Assembly (NCBI GenBank): GCA_003990765.1
Contig: RBNJ01000364.1
Coordinates: 1-32,142, forward strand
Length of the DNA: 32,142 nucleotides
Source of the DNA: Jimgerdemannia flammicorona
Lineage: Eukaryota
Reading direction: 5' to 3'
Position 1 is the first letter of the stretch. Every line of letters begins with the position of its first letter. The position numbers were made by a program, and so were the translations under genes. The notes beneath the pieces were generated by a model. It searched no databases. It worked only from the letters and a program-made list of their open reading frames with translations, and was not told where the DNA came from. Positions 23,931-32,142 of the stretch are shown piece by piece.

Positions 23931-25102
23931 ATTGTAGATTAATATTCTTAATACTGGTATTTATAAACTGTATGGATAGTACTAGGTTCTAGTGTATATA
24001 GTTCTTGAACAGAGATTCTCTTAGTATCTTCTTAGGCTTCCTTAAGGAATTTTTGCCTAATCTCTAATGTATTTTTGAGAATCTTTTTGACTGTGAGACC
24101 TGTATTCTAGATATGGAGATATTTCCAAAGTGATGCTGCTTTATAGAGCATACTGCTTCTTTGATATCTAGGTCTTTTATAGTGAATTCTCTTATTTTTA
24201 TTAGACAATTCATCAGCTGAAGACTCTATACTCATGTGCTCATCTTCTTTAAGGTCAGGTAGAGAGGTACTTCTTGATACTCTTGATTGACTAGCTTCTG
24301 GTTCAGGGGTGTCTCTTCTAACTCTCTAGTCCTTCTTCTGAGAGTATCTAAATAGAAATAGCTATGTCTTGGATATTTGTCTGCAGATATAGTTACTGGC
24401 AATGGTGGTGGAAGTGGGGTCCTTAGAGATCTTTCTCATCCTCTAGTCTATATAGGTACTATATCTCAAGTTACCTTAGAGGGAAAGGCTTCATAGTATA
24501 GATAGATATCCTTTTAACCATAAAACCAGGTGGCTTCTTCCTCCATTTCTCAAGTCTCTTCATCCACTTGAATGATATTGATATTTCTATCATTAAATAG
24601 AGTTTGTTTTTTTAGACAAAATCTCTAAATGTGATCTTGTTTTCTACAGTAGAAGCAAGTTAGAGTATAGGAACCAGTTGGTAGTGAACCTATAGTTGTA
24701 ACTGGTGAGACCTGAGTGGAACTCCTGTTATTTTACTGCTAGTAGTCTGGTCTATTATCTCAATAATAATCTTGTTATTTTCTTTCTTGGTTCTTTAACT
24801 AGACAACTATAATGGCTAGGTCTTTTATTTGTTTAGTGAGTATAGTTATAGAGTATACTTGAATTCTTAGTATAGACTACTATTGTTGACTGTATTGAGT
24901 TAAAATTGAGAATAGGGGTCTGGTCTCATAGCTGACCAACTAGACTCTCAAGTTGGTTTTCTCTTATTTTATAGTTGTTCTATAAGTCCTTAAGGTTTTA
25001 GCTTAGACTAGTTCTCAATATTCTTATACTTATAGGGTAGTCTATAGTCAGCTTTCCAGCATCCTTATGCTTCAGCAACTTGTTGCTCAATACTTCAATA
25101 GC
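23931..25102 (-). pseudogene. gag: C-terminal part of element B gag with CCHC knuckle
   Basis: 24657-24616 translates CFYCRKQDHI*RFC (Cx2Cx4Hx4C). The N-terminal part is displaced by element C. Confidence 0.8.
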
Positions 25103-25566
25103 TGTAACAATTTCACAGTTATATTTAGTCTTAGTATATTTTTGTTTCTTTTAGTTAGTCTTTTTTTGTCATTTCTTGAACATTCTACTGTATTCTGCTA
25201 CCTTCTACTTGCTTAGAAACCTTTTCTTGGTGCCCAGATACCACTAGAACATTCTTATCTTTCCTTGATATCAAGTATCTTATCTTAGCTAGTTAAAGAA
25301 CCTTTCAGAACATTGTAGAATAGTATTAGTCTGCTTTGCCAAAAACCTATTTTTTGACATTTCTCTTTCTTTCCAAGATCCTTCCAAATCTTTCTTTTAG
25401 ATCATATATAAATATCCTTGTTCTCTGCCTGAATAAAGCTCAGAATATTTTCTCTCAGAAATCCTTCAAGAATACTTGAACCTTTAAGTATCTTTTCAAG
25501 CTACTTTAGGCCAATTAGAACTTCCAGATTTAGCCACTTCCTCTTAAAGAAACTAGAACTATTACA
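25103..25566 (+). repeat. 5' LTR of element C (464 bp)
   Basis: Starts TGTAACA and ends TATTACA (from TGTTACA). It interrupts B gag and is followed by a PBS-like sequence and gag. The partner LTR is outside the window. Confidence 0.75.
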
Positions 25567-25568
25567 CT

Positions 25569-25581
25569 TAATAACAGTGGG
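25569..25581 (+). promoter_or_regulatory. Possible degenerate PBS (TAATAACAGTGG, from TGGTAGCAGTGG, initiator-Met-like)
   Basis: Lies 2 nt after the LTR end and requires three G>A changes. Confidence 0.4.
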
Positions 25582-25661
25582 TGGTTACACCTTGCCTTAT
25601 TAAGAAATCTCACAGAAATTCGGAAAACAGTCACAAATAGTCACACAAATCTAAAATTAGC

Positions 25662-26560
25662 TATGAAGAGTCAGTCTATCAGCCAGACCCCTCTGCTACA
25701 GAAGAAGTAGGAGGATTACAGCTCAATATAGAGGATATAATCAATGTTATGGCCTACCAAATCTAAGAACTTCATGTATAACTAGAACAGCAGAAAACAA
25801 GAACTGTAAGTATATCATATTCTACCATAGCCACTAGTCAGTTTCAAGTTACTCAAGCCAGATATCTTCAACAGCCATTGAGGAGGGCTATCTACAGATA
25901 CATAGATCTTCCAGTTGGATGAATACTTCGAGCTCACAAGAATGGAAGAAGACATGAAAGTCCAATTTGCTACCACACTTCTCTGAGGAAATGCAGCCAT
26001 CTGGTGGCATAATTATATCATGGTTACCTCTGTACACTCATATGCATGAATCAGAGACTAGGATGCCTTCAAGAGAACCCTTTACAAGCAGTTCAAGTCT
26101 GCTAATACTATCAAACTAGCCAGAGACAAGCTAGTGAACATCAAGTAACTCAAGTCTACAATGCACAATTCTTGTCAATTCTACTCGAGCTACCAGTGAT
26201 ATCTGAGGACAAAAAGATTAACTGCTATATCCAAGATCTGAAGGAAATACATGAGTCAAGATCAAGCTAGAAGAGCCCAAAAACCTTGATGAAGCCATGA
26301 GAATTACTAATTGGTTTGATGTTATCACCTTTGGTAACTACTTTGAACCAAAATCCTGCAAGATGAATCACTTTGAGAACCACCACAAGAACCAACCAAG
26401 GACAGTTGGCCTGGCACCAATAGACCTATATACCATAAACAAAAAGAACACCAAGCTTACCACTAGGACCACCTAAAGAAATCTGGAGCCTGTTTCTTCT
26501 GTCATCAAATAGAACATATTGCAACCAAATGTCCTAAGAAGACTAGTGAACCCTCAAGAT
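25662..26560 (+). pseudogene. gag: Element C gag
   Basis: KPDIFN..T*IFQLDEYF..KVQFATTLL*GNAAIWW; knuckle CFFCHQIEHIATKC at 26491-26532. The start is approximate. Confidence 0.88.
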
Positions 26561-26616
26561 CAGTCACTATGTTGTCCAAAGATACATCTGTCAACCCCAC
26601 TACCAGTCAACTCAAG

Positions 26617-27028
26617 CTTAAGATCAAGAAGCTTCATCTAAAGGCCCAGACCCCTCAATATCAAATAGAAGAAGTCATTGGTCTTAACCTACACTCAGTC
26701 AAACAAGTCACTATTTTAGCTAAGGGCTGCACTCTGATGCCTACTGAAAATTACAGTTCAATGTCCTGAAAGACATTATGCCAGAATTGTACTGTAATCA
26801 GGACTCAGTATCAAATATCATTTAGATATAGGTACTGGTGTCATTGACCCAAACTTTTTAGAATAAGTTTAAGTTCCACTTATTAACTAGAAGGATCAAG
26901 ACTACACAGTTAAGGAAGGAGACTGAGTTGCACAAATGATCCTAGAAAAAGCCAGTCAACTTAAGATTACAGAAGTCCAAGAACTCCCTGAAACCAAATA
27001 AGATCAAAAAGATTTTAGCAGCACTGAT
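26617..27028 (+). pseudogene. dut: dUTPase domain of element C (between nucleocapsid and protease)
   Basis: LKIKKLH..AQTP..IGLNLHS (I), HYARIVL*SGLS (II, PRSGL), GVIDPNF (III), GD*VAQMIL (IV), TK*DQKDFSST (V, from TxRGxxGFGST). Confidence 0.92.
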
Positions 27029-27059
27029 CAAGCAGCCAGTCTTAGTGAAAATCAAGCTT

Positions 27060-27506
27060 AAGCTATACTCATTTCCAAAGGCTTAGTCAAAGAAAAAGAA
27101 GTTCAAGTACTCATAGACAGCAGAGCTACAAAGAACTTCATTAATCAGAATCTCATTGAAAGCCTCAGGATTCTTATCAAGTCTGTACCCAAGAACAATA
27201 GTATAATCACTACAGATGGTACTCTGTATCCCATTGAGTCAATTGCTACCAAACTACCCATCAAGATCTAGAAATATTGAGAATGAGTAGACTTTGAGGT
27301 TGCTCCACTAGGAGATTATAATCTGATCTTAAGAAAACCCTAGCTTATGAAATATAACCCAGACATCAATTGGTATAAGAATGAAGTCACCCTACTTCAA
27401 GATAGAGCTAATATTACTATCAAGACAGATACGACCATGAGCAAGATCCAGATTATAATACTTTTAGCTATATGTACAAGAGAGTACTCAAGAAGACAAT
27501 ATATAT
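27060..27506 (+). pseudogene. Aspartic protease of element C
   Basis: VLIDSRATKNFI (from LIDSGAT) ... YNLILRKP*LMKYNPDINW. Confidence 0.9.
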
Positions 27507-27648
27507 TGTGATGAACCAAAACACCTTAACCAGATGATGTAAACAATTAGGCAAGATGATGTGAACACACAGTATAGTAACCAGCAACCATTGCTGCAGA
27601 AAACTGTATAAATAGCCAGACATGCAAGAAAGAGTCTGTTTACCTGTA

Positions 27649-27720
27649 CAGACTCTGTATACCATCCAGACTCTGTAAACTGTACAGGTCCTGTACACCA
27701 TACAGACTCTGTACATCTGC
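27649..27720 (+). repeat. 18-bp tandem repeat, 4 copies (approx. CAGACTCTGTACACCATA)
   Basis: Units start at 27649, 27667, 27685 and 27703. Confidence 0.85.
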
Positions 27721-28463
27721 TATAAGTAGCAGATCTATAGTTAGCCACATAGTAACCAGATAGCAACCAACTTGTATAAATTACCCCAAAGACAAGAGTG
27801 AATAAACCTCAGTCTGAAAAGTCTGAAATTGAAGCGAAAGACAAGTCTGCCTACTACACTTCAAGAGGAACTCTACAGCCACTGTTAGGAGATTGTGAGC
27901 TTATTTCCCCTTTCCACTCCAGTCCACTTTCTGATACAAAGCTGATTTGCCGCCAAGTTCAAGGAAGAACTTTGCAACCATTTGAGTAGTCCGCTGCTTA
28001 AGGAATAAGCCGCCATTTCCAAGTTATTCTCTGCCTTCCCAAGAAAGCCACCTTGCTCAAGCCAGTTTCTGATGCAACTTCACAGTGATTTGTCATGCAA
28101 ACGAAGCCAGTCTTTAATGTAACTTTGCCAAGAGACCTTTTCTGCTGTATTCCCAGTTGAAGCCACCGATTCAGGAAGAATCCGTGCCATCCGAGTTAAT
28201 TCCCAGTTAAGCTGCCATTTTCAAGAAGTCTGCTAATTCAGGAAGAATCTGCATCATCAGCCATTTCTAAGTTATCTGCATTCCCAGAATAGCCCGATTC
28301 ATGCTGTCTAAGTTATTTGTTGTTCCCTGTGAGCCTGAGTTATCAAGTTATCTGCCGCCAGCATAATTCCTAGTTATTCGAATTATCTACGTCATCTGAG
28401 CTATTATTCCCAGTAAGAAGAACCCACACCTTACATTTCCAGTGAGCCAAATTGAGCTATCTG

Positions 28464-28585
28464 CCAGAAATCGCATACTTTTGGAAATCGTCATACTACA
28501 CAAGGATTGTCATACAGAGATTGTCATACTATACAAGGATTGTCGCACCAAGACCGTCACCCAGAAATCGCATACTTTTGGAAAT
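28464..28585 (+). repeat. 25-bp perfect direct repeat enclosing a GTCATAC..GATT mini-array
   Basis: CCAGAAATCGCATACTTTTGGAAAT at 28464-28488 and 28561-28585; GTCATACTAYACAAGGATT at 28490 and 28523. Confidence 0.9.
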
Positions 28586-28846
28586 TACCTTGCTAAACAA
28601 AATTGTACCATTCTCAGTTGACCTAAGAAGGAAAAGACACATGAATCACTGCTACACCCAGAGAACCATCCCAATAAGGAAATTGCTCATGGACATCCAG
28701 CTTTGACTATTGTACTACTAAACACCAAGGACCTCAGGAATCTAAGAACATTTTGTTGCTTTTTGACAAAGTAACTGGAGGCTCAAGCCAAACTACATCA
28801 ATCTCCAATCTTGTAATTTGCCTCAATTGAGCCAGCACGTTACATT

Positions 28847-28864
28847 TGGGGGCTCAACTGGGAA
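28847..28864 (+). promoter_or_regulatory. Primer-binding site, tRNA-Pro type
   Basis: TGGGGGCTCAACTGGGAA lies 2 nt after the LTR-terminal CA and resembles the tRNA-Pro PBS TGGGGGCTCGTCCGGGAT. Confidence 0.8.
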
Positions 28865-28877
28865 GATTTCAAAATTG

Positions 28878-31800
28878 ATATGACTTTTCAGCTCACAAGA
28901 ACCCACAGTCAAACTGAATACATTTGATACAATACCAATTTCTGCCACTATAGGAGAACTAGTCATCACTAGTATTTGGACAGGAAGAGAAGTAATTATC
29001 TCAAGACTTGCCAACTACCCAGCATCAGAAGGATCCCAACCAGAAGCAGGAGGCAGTACAGTCCAAAATCCCCAACCAGATCAACCAGATCAACCAGACA
29101 ATACAGACAGCCTTACTAGAGATTTCGGAGAACTTGTACAAGAACTAGAAGACCTTATCACACGGGCCCAATACTTTACAGCCAGATACCCCACACCAGT
29201 CCCACCAATCTCACCAATAGAACCCCTACCACAACCCCTTGCAGAACTGGAAGTAGCTCCTACAAGAATACCTAGGCCTATTCCACTCCATTTAAGAACC
29301 AGAACACCATCTTCAAGATATCCAAGCACCCCCATCTCTAGTGACAGTTCAGAAAGTGAATCAGAATCTGAATCCGAACTTGAACCAGAATCAGAAGAAA
29401 GTGATGATGAAATGGCCACCTCATTGCCAACCTTTGCAGGATATCTGGAGGAAGATCCCCAAGAATTCCTTGATGGAATCGAAGGAATTGCAGCCTTGAG
29501 AAATCTCTCAGATGAAAGAAAAATTGCCATCTACAAAGCCCAGCTCAGAGAACCAGCCAGAGGAATTTTCCATCAAACAGTGAACAACTGAGATTCAGAA
29601 CTAGTAAGACAGATACAAGCAGCAATGTCGGATGAGCTAGAATACGAAGCCATGGTCTACTGGCTCATTGAAAAATATGCAGGAAATGAAACCCGCCACA
29701 AGGCCCAGAAATCTATCATGGGAATGAAGATAAATCTTGGAGAATTACCCAGAGCCTTCTTCACAAGAATCCAGAAGAGAATGCATTCTGCCGGGTTCAA
29801 TGCCACTAACCAAGACATTATGGTCCAATGACCTTCATGAATGGAATTCCTCCAAATATTGCCCAGCATGTCTGCACCCTAGGCATCAGAAGGTCTGAAG
29901 AATAAGTAGATGCAGCCCAAGGATTCTTTGATATCAGGCAAGGAACTACCTGGAGTGACCATGACAAGAAGGAAGATAAAGATGATATCCTGATCAAAGC
30001 CCTACAAGGACTCCTTCAAGGACAAGAAAGGACCAAAGAAAGAAGGTCATCCAAGGAAGGAAAGAAGGACAGAAGTAAAATTCAAGACCTCAGCTCCAAG
30101 TTAGACCAATTGGTCAGACAGATTGAAAAACTCACCACATGTGAAAATCAGGATTACCAAAACAACAGAGGGTACCCACCACAGAGGAGCCAAGGTTATC
30201 CACCAAGAGATAACAGAAATTACCAGCAAGAAGAAAGAAGGTACCCTGTCCGAGACAGAGCCCAAGTCCAATGCTTCTACTGTGGACAATTCAGATACTA
30301 TGCCACTGAATGTAACAACAAAAGAAGTGACCAAAGGGACTCAGAACCACCAAACCAAAGGAATGACACTCAGTACAAAAAGACTGAAGCCCATCCTGTT
30401 GAAGATTTCAAAGAAGCAAGTGACAGTAAAGACTACAGTGACCTAGACTTGTACCCCACTAGGGTTACAACTTGGAAAACAGTCTATCCAGCAGAGAAAA
30501 GAAAAAGACCCATAGGAAGACCATCCAGGAACATCAGCAGAAGAATTATCCAAGAAGAGGATGAAGAACATGAGGAAGTACAAGTATAAACACCTCCCCA
30601 AACCCCCTCACCTTTTGTCCTCGAGACAAATGAGTTGCTACCAGAAGATGAAGAAATGGAACAAGAAGAACGGGAACCTGCTGCTCCAAAGCCTAAGAAG
30701 AAGTGCACTCCAAAGATCATGCCTAGAGACATTTACAATGAAGCCTGGCAGAAGATTCAAGAAGCCAAGATAGAAATCCCTCTCCTGCAGTTCTTGCAAC
30801 TGACACCAGCTGGAGTTCGAAACAAATTGCTGAGAACCACCAGGTCTAGCACTGGCCGAGTTCCAATCCCACAGCAAGAACCAGCTTCCATTCCTGTTCA
30901 AGCAGCTGAAAGACATGTCAGCACCTACCTACATGGAGATATTGGAGGACAAAAAGCGAAAATCCTCATAGACACAGGAGCAGCCATCTGTATTATTGCC
31001 AAACAATTCTTGGACACCCTCCAATGGCCCATTGATGGACCATCCAACCTCAGCATCATAGTAGTAGATGGAGCCCGAACTCAACCCCTTGGAGAAGTAT
31101 GAAATATCACTATCTCCCTTGGACACATTCAATTCTCCATCCCCAAAGCTGTTGTCACTGAAGCTGTCACCTATGACATGATTCTTGGCACCAACTGGAT
31201 GAAGGAAATGAATGCAGTTGTTGACATTGGCCAACAAGTACTCAAGTTTGACTACTGAGGCAAGAAGTACAGAGTTAAGGTGACCAGAAATGAGCAATTG
31301 AAGAAAAAGAAGAAGGTCACAATTCAGGAAGAGTATGCCAGCAGTGAAGAATCTACCACAGAAGAAGAAGAAGAATCCGAAGATGGAAACAATCCCAGAC
31401 TCAATCCCTGAATTAACCTGGTGGATGACAGACCAGAAGACAATGTGTGGACTAAGAACACCATCCCCATCACTATTGGAGCCATTGCAGGAGAAGCCAA
31501 AGGATGCCCCACATGCCTCAAGAGACACAAGTGTCCCAAGCACTCCTCCAAGATCATGGGAACAAGGAAATCGCCTGGCACAGCCTGCCCAGAGTGCAGA
31601 AGAAAGAAGAAGAAATGCAGATATGTTCCAGAAACACCTGCAACTAAAGCTGTAGAAGTACAAGCAATTTGGGGTCAAGAATCATCTGAGGAAGAAGAAA
31701 CTTCTGATCAAGAAGTTCCTGAACAAGGAGCACCTGATGAAGAAGAAGTCCCCAAACTCATTCCCTGGGATGACCCTCGCTGGACACCACCTGAAGATAA

Positions 31801-32098
31801 TGACCCCTGTAATACAGAGGAAGGACCCAGTATCATCACCATTATCCCCAAGAAAGAAACCCACTAAGAGAAAGCTTTCTGGTTGGAAGATGTCCACATC
31901 AAATGGTCTTCCACTCTCCATGAGACTACTGCTATCAGTGTCATCTGTTGGACCAACAAGAAAGATAGAGACCCCAGAGACCAGAACCCCTAACTACTCT
32001 TACACAGTCTACTATCTTTCAAGAAGTCACCACAAGGTTACAAAGTTAATTTAAAGGACAAGGCTTCTTTACCTGAACAGGAATATATCTCTTGTCTA

Positions 32099-32100
<2 letters not shown>
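28878..32100 (+). pseudogene. gag-pol: Element D gag-pro polyprotein (few stops, two apparent frameshifts)
   Basis: LPTFAG..EDPQEFL; TFMNGIP; knuckle CFYCGQFRYYATEC (30272-30313); protease ILIDTGAAICII and YDMILGTNW. One frame runs from ~29832 to ~31810, interrupted only by TGA/TAA stops consistent with CGA/CAA origins. Confidence 0.9.

Positions 32101-32142
<42 letters not shown>
32101..32142 (-). mobile_element. Poly(A) tail of a probable third LINE or other retroposed insertion on the minus strand
   Basis: 42 T interrupt element D coding sequence at the window edge; the body is not visible. Confidence 0.6.

Larger units (their letters stand above)
12122..25102 (-). mobile_element. Ty3/Gypsy element B (no chromodomain seen, dUTPase-bearing); split by LINE copy 2, cut in gag by element C; 3' boundary uncertain (may extend to ~9550)
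   Basis: Minus-strand order is gag knuckle (24657-24616), protease (~23890), dUTPase (22476-22081), RT (YIDD ~21060), RNase H, integrase ending at 19006. The sequence continues across the LINE TSD. Confidence 0.88.
25103..27506 (+). mobile_element. Ty3/Gypsy element C (chromovirus-like gag/PR), 5' part: LTR-gag-dUTPase-protease; interrupted by element D
   Basis: Gag, knuckle, dUTPase and protease motifs occur in order. The coding sequence stops at the TGTGATG start of LTR D. Confidence 0.9.
27507..28844 (+). repeat. 5' LTR of element D (1338 bp) with internal repeat arrays
   Basis: TGTGATG ... CGTTACA termini; TATAAAT at ~27606 and ~27775; AATAAA at 27801; immediately followed by a PBS. Confidence 0.8.
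27507..32100 (+). mobile_element. Ty3/Gypsy element D (relative of B), 5' part: LTR-PBS-gag-protease-spacer; least degraded Gypsy in the window
   Basis: LTR, PBS, gag, knuckle and protease. RT is not reached within the window, so the Gypsy call rests on homology to B. Confidence 0.88.

Noticed and set aside
27945..28585. CRISPR-like array
   Set aside because: Units are irregular and degenerate, there are no unique constant-length spacers and no cas genes, and the context is a eukaryotic LTR.
27468..28706. Short ORFs with repeated peptides (VYRVC, SYYTRIV)
   Set aside because: By-products of tandem repeats inside LTR D.
31847..31867. Programmed -1 frameshift before the TAA at 31865
   Set aside because: No canonical X XXY YYZ heptamer is in frame, and the conserved YHH motif lies upstream in the new frame. 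A copy-specific 1-nt deletion near 31810 is simpler.
32101..32142. Poly(T) as a terminator or microsatellite
   Set aside because: It interrupts coding sequence and is better explained as a retroposon tail, although an assembly-edge artefact cannot be excluded.

Overview
Eukaryotic (probably fungal; inference only) retrotransposon nest with no recognisable host genes. It holds two full-length or near-full-length L1/Tx1-like LINEs (1-5635 minus; 13416-18919 plus, with poly(A) and TSD) and the poly(A) tail of a probable third at the right edge. It also holds four Ty3/Gypsy elements. A (5636-~9540, +) is a chromovirus. B (~12122-25102, -) has gag-PR-spacer-dUTPase-RT-RH-IN plus a 3' extra region. 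C (25103-27506, +) has LTR-gag-dUTPase-PR. D (27507-32100, +) has a 1.34-kb LTR, tRNA-Pro-type PBS and gag-PR-spacer. A solo LTR related to D lies at 11455-12117. All elements are pseudogenised by C>T/G>A transitions, and the load tracks nesting order. The most notable signals are accessory modules in the Gypsy polyproteins: (i) dUTPases at two different positions in two lineages; (ii) a ~41-aa His/Cys motif (YHHxYP..CxH..FHSPRDxCxxC..LD) conserved between B and D that I do not recognise; (iii) a Zn2Cys6-like cluster in frame with the D protease, in an element whose LTR has an expanded CCG-rich array. All translations of degenerate regions were done by hand, and no database search was possible.
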